DNA of 45,399 bases from positions 1 to 45,399 of the forward strand of contig KZ538833.1 of assembly GCA_000934665.2 (NCBI GenBank). The letters are read 5' to 3'. The number at the start of each line of letters is the position of its first letter. Within the stretch, counting starts at the first letter, position 1. Origin of the DNA: Catajapyx aquilonaris. Taxonomy: Eukaryota. Positions 22,690-34,980 of this stretch are shown here, in pieces. Under the pieces are notes generated by a model. It worked only from the letters and a program-made list of their open reading frames with translations. It made no database searches and was not told where the DNA came from. The translations under genes were made by a program, and so were the position numbers.

Positions 22690-25600
22690 GCGTTTCTGTT
22701 TCTGGCACCACGCTCTCCAGCTATCTCTCAGCCCTCATGATTCCTTGCAGAATGGAATCCACTATTCTTGGGACCTGCTGATTTTCCCTATCAAGTCCAA
22801 TGCCATTCTTCCTTTCCCTTCTAGCTGTATTGCCCTCCTCTCCTACATTCTGGCCAACTAATACCTCAAAATGTTTCAGCAAGCTCTTTGGACTGAACAG
22901 GAACGGCCACTCATCTTTCCGGGACATCACTTTCTTTGCTGTCAGGATGTCCCTTCTTTGCCCATCTTATGACTTACTGCTAGTCATCACATCTTCCACT
23001 TCTGCCCCATCATTTTCCTTGTGAAGTCGGATTAGGTCCCCCTTGATGCTGGTCAGCACCTCCCAGTCTTCCCGTGGCTCCTGTCTTCGGGAAACCACCT
23101 CACACACCCATAGGAATCTTTTTGTGTTGAGTTGTGTGCAACTTGGACGCAGTTGGAAGATGCCTGAGAAATATATTTCGTTTACTTATAGTATTATTCA
23201 AGTTGTGCCACCAGGAGGCCACTGTGATTACAAATTCAAAAATACTATATTGTTTGCAATACTACTCACCTGCTGGGTTCACCGTGGAAAACTAGGGGCA
23301 CGATTTTCATTTTCTATTCTCGTCTCGAGCTTCATCAGCATCTGCGTGTATCCTGGCCCCAACTTGACATTAAAGAAGGTGTCACAAAAGGCATGCGGGT
23401 ATCTTTCGGACATATCCTTTGCCACCTGCCGCAAGAAGGCCCTCCCTGGATGTCTTCCGAGTTCTGACGGTTTGTGAAGCATCGCCTAACTATCCTCACA
23501 ATTTTCCGAATTTCTTTTGGGGGTCACATAGGACTTGTGTTCAGTTTCTCTAGTACTGGTTTTGGTAGCAAGTGCCACGGAACATCAAAGTTATTGTTCG
23601 GTCAGTGTTGGCCGCGGAGAGGGAGCTAGAAAGTGCAACAAAATAAAATGATATTAATATCCTCATCACGATACTGCCATTCACAGAACACTTGCCTTGT
23701 CCATTCTGGTGATGGGAATGATCTGCTGCACCATCTATCAATGTTGCAGTGCTGCTAGTGCTGCTGCTCACACCTGAAAAGGCATTATCATTATGTGAGC
23801 AATAATGAAAACAATCGTACTGGCAATATTTGTACAATGGTGGACCAAGTTAAGTACAAGTACCTTGTCAGTAGCTGACATCATCAGAGATGTGATGGTG
23901 AAAGGGTATAGGCTATAATTATATAAGGAGCCATTTAATGGGTATCCCGAGAGTGGTGATTAATCAATGGCATCATGTAATGGTGTGCATTTATAACTGT
24001 TTCCACTGCATGTTCTCGTCAACCTCCGAACCCCCAAGTCGGTAGGTTCTGAGTGGTAGAGTTGGACAAGAATATGCAGCATGTCGTCCTTTATAAGCAG
24101 CAGCACCACTTTGCCAAAAATCACTTCACGATCTCTTCTCTCCATGGAAATATATTGGCCCATTGCATATTCAGTTCCCCTCTGGTTGGCCCTTAGGCCC
24201 TACACAGGTTTGTGTACTACTATTCATTGTGATACCAGCACATATGATGGCATCCTTCATCTCCTGTGACAATGATTGCATGTGGCTCAGTTCTGTTCTC
24301 GATGTTACAGCAACATCTGCCACAAATACTACGGCTTCTTCATTTACATATATATGCCTGCAGATATTGGTGCTTCTTGGCACAACTCTTGGTAATGTTG
24401 ATGAAGTTGTAAGATGACCTGGCATATACTTTAAAATATAATTGCTTGCTCTCCATTCTCATTGTCCACAGTGAAATTAAGAGGTCCAAAGGACCTGTTC
24501 AAGGTTATCCTGGCAAAGAAAGGCCACCCACATGGCTCAATGATTCGTGTCATTAGATTGGAGCAGATCACTGAAACTTGGCAACGCAGGGGAGTTGGAT
24601 CAAAATGTTGCTGTCCAGCCACTCTAATATATGTCATTCAATGGAAGAATGCTTCTAAAGGATGACCTTCATCAGTTTGGAGAAAGAGTTCGCCCTTGAT
24701 TTGCCAACAATCGCCATCCTGAGTCCGCCAGCTCCACCTCTTTCTTTCCTCTCTCTCTTTTAGGGGAGAGTGAGAGAGAGGAGAGGGAGAGAGGGAGAGA
24801 TACGCGATTGGGCAAACGCGTGATATCTCGATGGGGCTTGCATTTCGCATATCGGTTCCCTGAGGCGGCATTTGTCTCACACGAATATTCTTACAACATT
24901 TTTACGGGGTAAAAACCACACGAGTTTTCCTGCCTCTAAATCAACTAATAAAACAGTTCACCACGTGACAACATGTTTTGATTCCTACCAAGGCCGCTAG
25001 GTAGCAACTCCTACCACATCAAAGATACAGTCAGTGGCGAACACAGCGGCATTTAGCGTAAAACTAGGTGCATAGATTATACCACGGTCTTAGAAGGATA
25101 GGTCGGGAAACTCCCCGCCATCTTGCGATCCGTTACTCAATCCCGCCGTGGCGCTGACTGGAGGTCGCCATGATGTGAACTGGATCGTGAACATCTCCAT
25201 ATTGCGGCCATCTTGGTATACGCTATTGGTAGCACGAGTTGTACCGACAGGGTCGCTAGTTTGTTATGGCGAATGAACGACACGCACAGCGAGATTCCAT
25301 TGTTTTTACTAGCGCCGCTGCGGGAAGGAATAACGGATCAGCCTTTTCTATTGCGCTGGGATAGAAGTGTCTAGGGGCTGGATTATACACTACAAGATGC
25401 GCAAGATGGTTGACGTTTAGGTAGCGGGGCTACTTGAACAGGTCCTTTGTATATGAGCTGAGGGTAGTGAAGAAGGTAGTGGTGTTTCGGGCGAAGACGT
25501 GTGTTGGGAAATAGAGACTGACGTCCGGTCAAATAGTCAGTGATACTTTCCAGGAAAGTTACTTCTTGGTAAGTAAGTTTTGGACTGCACACAGTCATAT

Positions 25601-25900
25601 TCTATTATGACTCTGAGAAGCAAAAATAGCTCCCACACTACATCATCTTTCTCTGCAATCCCAGGTCCAACAATGAGAGGCAGAATTCTCATCAGGGTTC
25701 TGTTTTGATTTGCTGTACCATTCACACTGGTTGCATTTTGGGGTGGTACATTTGGCCTGTTTGGTGCATCTGCTCCAAGGTATTTTTCCTTATCCTACTC
25801 CCCAGGGCTTGATAAGTCAGCCATTTCTTCTGGCAAATGAAGTACTTAAGGAAGAGTTCAGCATCATATTGGACAACACCTTGGCCATGGTTTTAACCTG
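22690..25900 (-). mobile_element. Decayed EnSpm/CACTA (CMC) transposon: transposase plus accessory ORF, interrupted at ~24680-25400
   Basis: GVVQYD..LKYFI..KW, RILPLIVG...VWELFLLLR and PKHHYLLHYP..I..GP (transposase); accessory-ORF motifs YPHAF..GYTQMLMKLETRIEN and EWPFLF...HFEVLVG. Confidence 0.6.
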
Positions 25901-26760
25901 CACTTTGTGATGAGAAGGGACCACTTGGCAGACATGTTCTCTAGGCCTATAGGAGCCATTTGAGATATGGCGCCACCTGATCGGTCCCGCAGGTTAAAAT
26001 TGAAATAACAACATTGCATCATACCAGGAATTATGTTAACACTGTTAACATAAGTCGAATAAAATATCTCCTCAAATATAATAGTCGGAAAAACCATATA
26101 ACCTCCTGAGACCTGGTGTCGACATATATGGTTTTTCCGACTATTACTTCCAATGAAAAAATAAAAACACATTTCCTCATGTAATTGTTCATAAGAACGA
26201 TTGGAATAAAATATCTCCCTTAATTATAAATAATTTAATATGGAATGGAGGAATATTCCTTGCTGACATTATCATCTCGTGACATGTTTTTAATTAACTA
26301 CTGGATATGTGCGATATGTTTATATACACGGAAGTTATGAGCACTCTTCTGGCCGTATGTATAAGGCCGGCCGGGCCCGAACGGACAAATTCCTGGTAAC
26401 GTGTCCTCTGCATACGAGTATACCCCAGTTTAAAGAAAATGCCGCAATTGACAGGTTTTCGCTATACTCAGGGTCCGTTATGGACAGATGTCACCTCAAT
26501 ATCTTGTAATACATCGGAATAGTGGATCGTCTGTATCATTTTCTGCCATTTCATGCGGTTTTATCCGACTTTTAGTGCATTTCCATGTTTTGACGCTCAT
26601 GGGTTGGCATTCTTGGCAACACCGCATATATTGTGATCTAAGGGGCCGATCAGGTGGCCCCATATGTCAAATAAAATAACTAGAGAACATGTCTGCCAAG
26701 TGGCACCTTCTTATCACAAAGTGCAGAGTTGTAGGTCTGATTTTTGCGCCCGGACTATTA
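25897..26760. mobile_element. Long-TIR non-autonomous element containing a 68-bp perfect mini-hairpin (26079-26146)
   Basis: ~90-bp inverted arms 25897-25990 and 26641-26726; right end CCGGACTATTA. Confidence 0.55.
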
Positions 26761-26962
26761 GCCGTATACTGTTAAAATATGAATAAATAAACATAAAACA
26801 TAAATAATATAAATATAAATTTTATTATTTGATTTATTGGGTCTCCCACACATCGCTGACTATCCCTTTTACTTCACTGGGACACGTCATACGTCGTTAC
26901 CATTTGCTTACAAAGCAAAGAATGAAGAAAACAAATGAAGCCGCACAAAATATTGCAAGTTG

Positions 26963-26985
26963 GTTTCCAAGGTTACCATAGAAAC
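26963..26985 (+). promoter_or_regulatory. Overlapping RFX X-box-like motifs upstream of EF-hand copy B
   Basis: GTTTCCAAGGTTAC (26963-26976) and GTTACCATAGAAAC (26972-26985); a gtaagt donor at ~27129 suggests a 5' UTR exon. Confidence 0.45.
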
Positions 26986-28377
26986 ATTCAGGATCAACAA
27001 AGTGTGAGGGAACATTGCAGAGGTGTTCTAAACCAAATCGCCTTCATTATAATGGTATTTGGTTCGTGTGATGATAAAACTGATAAAAGCCTTGCCGCTT
27101 GAGTGTTGGCCGTTGAATTTGGAACACAGTAAGTAACTAGTATTTGGGGAAACGAGCCATTGGAAATCATGGTGATTGGTGACCTAATAAGCTTAACTAC
27201 GTACTTTTAAAAGGCAACGGATTCTTAGAGTGAACTGCTGGGCCCATGGCCCCGCCCCCAAACAAACTTTTCTCCTCCCTCCTCCCTCCTCCCCAACTTC
27301 TCCCCCCACCACTTTGGCACCATGACAACATGTATCCATGCGCCAGAGCGGGAAACCTTATTCCGATGGTGCTTATGCGCGCCGAAAAGAAGTGCCCGGA
27401 TTTCTCCTAATAAGTCGTTTAATACATGATTGATTTTAATTTATTGCTCGATGATGGGATTGTTGGGATTGTTGGGATGGAGTAGCATAGGTCGCGGGCA
27501 AGACATGACGACAAAACGAGAGCGAGAAGGGCATGAAACACGTTATAAAACGTTCATTAGCGTAATTATTCCAACCTACTACAAAAGTATGCGGCTGCTG
27601 CGTGACCAAAGTCAGAAGTGTTTGTCTGGGTCCCACTTGGACCGGCACTTGGGCAGCACAGGCGGCAGGCGAGACATGGTGGAACGAGAGATTCGAACCC
27701 GTGTTCGAACCATGGTTCGAACGATAGATAAGCCTTGACGATGCTTAGAAATTACGCTGACACGGATCCCGATGCTCTTTTGTCTCTCGCCTTGAAAGTA
27801 GTCCCCATGTGGCCATATCGAAAGACTTTTGCTGATTTAAATTTTTCGCGTTAGTAACTAATAACGCTATTCTAAATAATGCTTTAGTGTTCATAAATTA
27901 TGTCAGCACCAAATAATTGATATCCTTTTTAAAATACACCGTCAATTACATTTATGTATTTCACCTGGCAACCTTACTGTGACGCACGGTCATACAGGCG
28001 ACCCCATTGGTTCGCCCGGGGGGGCGTGTCTGTTCACTCTAAGAAATCCGTTATATCAGCAGTTTTCTGTTATCTACATCAGATTTTCGGAAATAATATT
28101 GTGCTCGGGGTTGGGATTTCCTCGAGTTACTTTGCAAAACATATACTTAACAGTGACAGTAAGAAAATCGACCCTGTATGCAATAATATCCATTGTAACA
28201 ATATGCGGCTTCCACGCAACCTTTGTTTATACAGAGAATTATTCAACGTGAGACTGAACTAAGAAGCAGACGCTCACTCGTCATTATGGCTGTTCCACCT
28301 GAGAAGGTCTGACATCTTTTGGTTGTGTCTGAAATATGAATATTTCTGATATTATTTTAAGTCTTGTAATCTTCCAG

Positions 28378-29166
28378 GTGACGTTTTTCATTCATGAGGA
28401 TTTATTGTTTTTAATGGACATCTTCACGTTCCTAGATCGACAGAGGCAGGTCCTCATTGTAGCAGAAGATGTAGCCGACGCTATCTCAATGTTTAAGGGT
28501 ATTGAGGCCATCCCGGAAGACTTCGCAGAGCTCCTTGCCCAATTTGATCTAAAAGGTGAGTATCTCTCATGTCTCGGCTCATCACGTCGAAGAACCAACC
28601 AATACCCGATCTCATGTAGCAGATATTCCCGTTACTGAGCAGTTCAGAAATAACCATCTTTATTGTAAAATTGATTTCAATTCAATAACTGACTGACAAA
28701 GAGGTATACAAAACAATACAATTACTTAAGGGAGTGACACAATCAACTGGCCAAAGTTCCTGGAAATCATAAAGACAGCGCTAAGTCTTCCCATCTTTAC
28801 GGAGTCCTTCGTGACGAAGACCTTGAAGGAGTTGGACCCTGAAAATAGAGGCTACATCACCGCCGATCAGATGAAGGATCTCTTCATGAACAAGGGTGGA
28901 GACATGTCAGAGCAGGATGCTCAGGAGCTCCTCGCGCTTGCTCCCAAAGATGAGATAGGAAACATCAATTATAAGGGTGAGACTGCGTACGGTACAGGAC
29001 ACACAGTATATGGAGGCTCTGGGATTTCTAGGAGTAATGCTGCTTCCTGTGATTGTCCTGGTTGATATGAATTATTTTCATTGCAGAATTCAATAAGCAA
29101 TATGTCGTCCTGGGTTGGCTGCCCCCAACAAACACTGGCTGGAGGGTTGATGAGTATGATGACTAA
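28378..29166 (+). CDS. Calmodulin-like four-EF-hand protein, copy B (exons 28378-28555, 28731-28976, 29087-29166; start exon not identified)
   Basis: Inverted paralog of copy A; intact spliced frame ending ...GWRVDEYDD*; GT-AG sites conserved in both copies. Confidence 0.8.
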
Positions 29167-29840
29167 TGGGCGGGATGGTAGTAAGTGCTGCTGGTGTTGT
29201 GGCAGATGGACGCAGGAAGAGGCTGATAATTTAGTGTGGAAAGTCCATCCTGGATGTTACTACTTGTACAAGTTGCATGGGAGGGATACTAAGTGAAGTT
29301 ACATGCATGTGAATGTTAATTGTTTAAGCTTCATTAAAGCACTGTATTGAAATAACTGCGGTCTATTTTTTTATGTGTAGAGAAGAGGGGAAGGGCCAGG
29401 TATAGTTGGGCCACGTGGCTCCGGGTAGGCCTCCGTGGTTCCTTCTGCTCCTCCAACAACAGACATTTCACACACGGACAATCAGTTTTTCATTTTTAAT
29501 TCAATTAAACATAATCAATTCTGTCAGTTACGCAACCCTCTACTGTAATAAAGCTTTATATACCGTATATCACTGCCCAAATAAGGGCAACCCGATGTCA
29601 GATAATTTGTTAAAAAATACTTTGTGCCAGATCCAAGACGACTTGCTTTCTTTAGAGTTTAGAGAATGGGTCCATTCCTAGTCTCCATTTGCACATGTGT
29701 GTGGAAGCTGTACGAGACCCCCTTGAAGATTGCTGATATCGTCGCAGATCCTCCGTACACGCATCTATCCCTTGCGCAAAATCCCCTGGAAGGCTTGCTG
29801 TGATACGAAGACAAAAACGCCAATGTAAATAAGTGCCTAA

Positions 29841-30075
29841 CACGGTGGCGTAGTGGTTAGCGCCGCAGGCTTCCACCTCTGAGTACCCGAGTTCGATCCC
29901 CGGGTTGGACGGAGGATACTTATGTGGATAGAGTTTCTATGGGTTCTCTCCATGTTCGCGTGGGTTTTCTCGGGGTTCTCCCGTTTCCTTTCCCAATCAA
30001 AATCCATCAAAAGATGATCCCCTATAAGAGGCCCAAGGAGGTCTATCACGGGGTATCCATTATTATGATATTATT
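29841..30075 (+). mobile_element. V-SINE (tRNA head plus V core)
   Basis: A box TGGCGTAGTGG, B box GAGTTCGATCCC, core GCGTGGGTTTTCTCGGGGTTCTCCCGTTTCC; 12-bp TSD ATAAGTGCCTAA; empty site in the paralogous arm (~19305-19320). Confidence 0.85.
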
Positions 30076-31599
30076 ATAAGTGCCTAAGACCTGTCCAAGG
30101 GAGAGATGTTACAATAAGTTACGTATTGTTTGTCCCAGCCACCCAGCAGCCACCAGTTTAAAATGACGCACCCTTTGAAAGCAACAATCATGGGCCAAAA
30201 TTCAGTAGTTGTACCGGTATGTAGTAATATTGTGGCTTCTCCTTTTTGTTTCTGGAGTCAGGAATTCATAATGCCTCCTTGAAGTGGAGATTTGGGAAGC
30301 GGGACTGTGCGTGACAAGGGGTAGTTGCCTAGTTGGAGTTTTTTCGAATGTGGAGGTCAGTGACGTGCTTTATGGAAGCGCTCATAGCTGGAAAACAAAT
30401 TAAATTAGGGTACGGTATGTCAAAAGTGTACCCCCAAATGAACTATATTGGAATCTTCCTCTTATTATTATAGCTGCAGTCGAATAATACCGGTTCATTA
30501 TATACAGTATTTACATGGTAAAATTGTACATAATATTTCACAAAATTAGAAAGTTAACCTTCTGGTATTTTAATTTTTTGAAACTCTAGAACTTCATGAC
30601 TATACAGGTGGAAAGCCCCTTTTGGGTAAGGCAATTTTGAGCACATGAATCCGGGTTGAGGAATCTTCCACTAGCAAAAACACCTGCAAATGGTGACTAA
30701 TTACCAGCAAGTCATGTTCTAAGATTACAGTCTTGCATAAAATAATGCACTGGCACAGCTGCCAACTATCTCACTTCAGCAGATATGTGCCTCTTCTGGA
30801 TGAAGTGCAACGGTTGAATTTGATAAGTTCTTGGCGCCACAAGTGTCCGGACAGAACTTATTGATGAGAGTCCAACAAGGTGCCTGCCCTGGGGTGATCA
30901 AGTCATGTTGCACGTGTCCTTTGGCCTCATTTTCATCTCCATATACCACACCGCGTCAATAGAATCTGGTTCCGCATGATTCAGCTCATGACCGGACTTT
31001 GACTAGTAAGATTGAGATTAGTACCATCTAAGCCCAGAAAGAAGTTTATTTCATTTTTCCGATGTTTTGGGTGGTTTAAATCAATATTGTGGATATATGA
31101 GAAGCGATGATTTAATGTTGCTCGTTTAAGTTATTTGTTTGATTTAATTTTTTTGCAGATGTGTTAATGTTTGGTGAACGCTGAAATTTTCTTTGAAGCA
31201 TGAAATAAAATTATTGTGTCTGGTTACATTGACACTTCGCGTGTACTGTGCACTGGGCTGTCCCTGTATTTTATTGAATTATTGCCGTTGAGCAAACAAT
31301 TATTGATAACAATATTATACGGTGCAGGTCCTGTTCCGGGGAGTTGAAGAACACATTTCCAATAATGCCTTCACAGGCACTTGTAGTCTCGCAGTGAACC
31401 AATTTATTTCATGCCTGCTTACATGAGGCGATACATTACCGTAGTGAACCTCTCACCATTTAGTTTAACACATATCCAAACATCGTCATAGATGTATATA
31501 ATAAACTATTTTATATCTTTCCTAATTATTAGGAAAGTTCACAACAACAAGGAAACAATAAAATGTATTGCTATTCCATAATACTTAAGAATCATTTTA

Positions 31600-32600
31600 A
31601 AACTCGAACAATGGACATCTCGACGAGAGCAATGACTCCCGGAGTTCATAAACAGTTTTACAGGAGCTGAACTACATTACATAATGCAATGCATACATAC
31701 TCAGCTGCCTCTTCCCAATACTGCTCAGGATTTTATTTCATGGTTCTAGAATTTCTATTCCAAGGGAAATATTTACCTGTGCATCCTCTGAAAAGAGCGA
31801 CACCAAATATTTGTTTTCACATGGAGACATTTAATCGGGTGCTGCACGACCCTGACAAACAATCTAGTCTGATTCTAATCCCTAATCCATCTCTCACACG
31901 TGGTATCCCAAACATTGTATGATACAAGTTACAAGTTTTAAAAAATATGTAAATTGCATAATTTTATTACTTTGCATAGTAACTACTCGTTTGAGCGATG
32001 TGTTGATATTGCACACATCTTAATGAACTACTTATGATACAATCATATTCCATCGATTATAATATTCTGCATTGGTAATTATCGTAGACAAATAGATAGG
32101 TCTACAAAGGATTTCTTAGTTTTTACATATTAATATATAGTATGATATTAGTATTAATGCAGTATGCATATTAATACTCTGATAACTTTCTAATAACTAC
32201 AGTATTTCTCAAATGGCAATCAAAGACCAAGATTATTCTCAACTGAATGCTTCTTGTTTACAAGAAAGTTCATATACATATATGCCAAATCTTAATCGCT
32301 TGTGTGCAGCTTCAAAAAATATGGGAAGTAACTTTGCCCTTTCACCCCTTTATGAAGAGGACGTTATTTGGCACTAATGCAAGGTTCATTCAACTTCCTT
32401 GATAAATTTCGTGACTTATTCCAATTTCATTGCGTTCATACATCTTCATCAAGTTGCATATGACTTGACAAAAAATGGGTGCAGGACCTGCTATAGATAA
32501 ACCCTTGAAAGTGTCTCTATACCGGTATCCTGGATATTGATTTATTTGCCTCCGTAAAACTGGAAAAATCCGCACTGCCATGTCGTGGGTATTTTAAGCA
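31600..32600 (-). mobile_element. Highly decayed PIF/Harbinger (ISL2EU-type) transposase remnant
   Basis: DTFKGLSIAGP...ISHEI...LVPNNVLFIKG resembles the TxKGLxxIxPxG...SDxEI...PGDxVxADKG pattern; LHVK-like fragment near 31800. Confidence 0.3.
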
Positions 32601-32851
32601 GCCAATGCCCTACGTAATTTGTTTTTTTTATTTTTCACTTCTTCCCCTTTGCACTCCCCACTCTGTCCGCCCACTGTCCACCCCCCCCCCCCCCNCCAAA
32701 AGCGGCCTGTATCTGCCGATAGAACTACGTAGTAGCTCATCTAAAGTCTGGAGCGTGCGTCTCCCGGGTTGACAGACTCTAGCTCTGTCTCTGAGCAGAT
32801 TGCTTAGCTGCTTGATTTCAAGGGCAGAAGTCCCTCATCGTAGCCTCGACA

Positions 32852-33028
32852 ATGGAAGGGTCTCTGGCTGACATCTTTATGTTGTTTGTGGCCTTCCTCT
32901 CCGCGTCTACCATTTCTATCGGATTGATACTCATTGGGAGTGGCGAAACTCAGCACGATGATATTATAGAAGTTGGAATCATCCTTTTCCTGTTGGACCT
33001 CTTACTCTGGTTGTTGGTGAAGTTTCAA
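32852..33028 (+). CDS. Exon 1 of a small 2-TM membrane protein (downstream exon uncertain)
   Basis: ACAATGG start; MEGSLADIFMLFVAFLSASTISIGLILIGSGETQHDDIIEVGIILFLLDLLLWLLVKFQ has two hydrophobic helices; followed by donors gtacgt (33029) and gtaagt (33033). Confidence 0.6.
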
Positions 33029-33119
33029 GTACGTAAGTAGTTGTGTACTGAATAGGTGTAAAAAAGTTACGATTAATTTTTCAAGATAATTATGCCATAA
33101 TTTAAAGCATGAATATTAT

Positions 33120-33388
33120 TAGTAACGACTGTGATCAATATTAGTCAGACTTGGCACTGATGTCACAAGTTTTGAATTGGTAGTTATACTGCTAGGCTTC
33201 AGTGCTGGTGATAGATGTTGGGAGTATAGAAGGAAACGGGAAAATCCCAGAGAAATCCCACACCAACACGGAGACAACCCAGCATCAAATAATTTGCACA
33301 TGAGAAATCCCTCTGTCCGACCCTGAGATCGAACTCGGTATCTCCCATCCTTGGCGCTAACTCTAACTACTCACCTCTGTGCCGCCCT
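33120..33388 (-). mobile_element. V-SINE, degenerate
   Basis: B box GAGTTCGATCTC and V-core-like GTGTGGGATTTCTCTGGGATTTTCCCGTTTCC on the minus strand. Confidence 0.65.
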
Positions 33389-33518
33389 ATATTGTTAGCA
33401 ATCTTTGTTGCTATTGTGACGTCAGAACTACTTTAAGGCTGAATACATTTGACTGTATAATACACTAATTTTAGCTGGTTTCTATCAAGAGGCCTGCCCC
33501 TGTCTTGGAGAGCCATAA

Positions 33519-34032
33519 TATACAGGAAAAAGGTCTTATCAGGGTAATTACAATGATTGAGCGGTACCACCGAACCACTGCAGGCATATTGTAAACTCTG
33601 AGGTGTTTTTTATTGTAATGAAATTAATCGGCCACACACGCAATTGTTCCAAAAAATAAAAATTCCAGGCTAACCATTTTATCAAGTGTGGTACAACTCG
33701 CCTTTCATAAATGTAGATATTTTGATAATGATCTACTCTATTTACCGACACAAGCAAAAAGCATTCAGTAGTATAACGCCCCCAATATAATCTGGCCCTT
33801 TTAGGAGCCCCCCACTACGCACATCACAGTATAGCAACAGTAATTAATTATTGTTCATATATATTGCCAACATACTTTTCGTCTTAGTATTCTTACTGCT
33901 TGATGTCCCTATACTCGGTTCTCTTGTATCGCATATGTTAAAATAATCATAAATGTCACACCAGCCAGTGTTTCACTGTATAGGTAATAATGGAAGCAAC
34001 AATTCATACGATCACATTTATGAATTGATAAT
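33519..34032 (+). repeat. ~515-bp segment duplicated at 41158-41672
   Basis: Direct repeat; only ~3 differences seen (one 2-nt indel, two substitutions). Confidence 0.92.
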
Positions 34033-34729
34033 ATTCTACTGTAATTGATTGATTGAGAACATGCAACAGAAAATCTCGAGACACCGTAATTAAACTAGAT
34101 ACTACCGGAATAGGCATGCTCATGCACGACATGTTGATAGCCACAATAAAAATATACTATAACAAATGCTGGTGATGTTTTATTAATCTAAAACCAGGCA
34201 CTAATTTTAGATCAGTGAAATTCTACACCTTATGCGCATGCCACACAAGATACGCAATCCTCTTTAGGTTCATAGAGTGGAGGTTGTCACCCTGTAGCTT
34301 ATGCAACAACGGAGAGTTCATTGCCACATCATTTTGAGGCCAACTGATTTCTGTAATAACGTTTCGAATAAAGGCTGTTGGAACACTGAATTTAAAAACT
34401 CATTTAATTATTTTTGCATCACCGCCTGAGTGCGACAGGGGCCACATACAGCATGCATCCAATATCTTCAACAGCTGGGAATAGATGAAGGCATTATATT
34501 AGAGCGTAGTATATTTTGATAAGGCTAACGAGCTTGTTTCAGCGCCTTCAATTCCGACCACACTGTCTAAATAAATCGTCGACCTCTTTGACATATCCGA
34601 ACAAATTGGTTTGATAGACGAGCTCTCAGCAGTCTGGGGCGCCCGTGCATGTTGATCATGTCACGAGTGAGCTTTTCTATCACACTGGCTACAGATATGA
34701 AAACAGCATAATGGTACATGCATGCTGAC

Positions 34730-34980
34730 TAGATGTTTAGCCTACTGGTTTAAAACAGTGTATCCCTCCGACCCTCCACCTCTGAGATCCTCAGTTCGAT
34801 AGTGGGAAGAGTTCCAATTGGCTGGCTCTCTTCGTATTCGCGTGGAGTTTCTCGGGGATTTTCACGTTTCCTTCTATATTCTCAAAATCCATTACTAGCA
34901 TTGAGGTAATGATTATAATATTGGGTATTAAAAAGAAGATCCCTAAGAGGCCTGGCTATCAATAGTCATACGGATTATTA
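34730..34980 (+). mobile_element. V-SINE, degenerate
   Basis: TCCACCTCTGAG..AGTTCGAT, core GCGTGGAGTTTCTCGGGGATTTTCACGTTTCC, 3' GATCCCTAAGAGGCC as in the 29841 copy. Confidence 0.65.

Larger units (their letters stand above)
28100..30115 (+). repeat. Right arm of inverted segmental duplication (partner ~19255-21420)
   Basis: For example 28190-28270 matches the reverse complement of ~21205-21295; this arm has an extra V-SINE and ~300 bp of extra sequence after the stop. Confidence 0.85.

Noticed and set aside
33548..33757. Identical 69-aa ORF here and at 41187-41396
   Set aside because: Identity simply reflects the recent DNA duplication; non-ATG start and no coding signature
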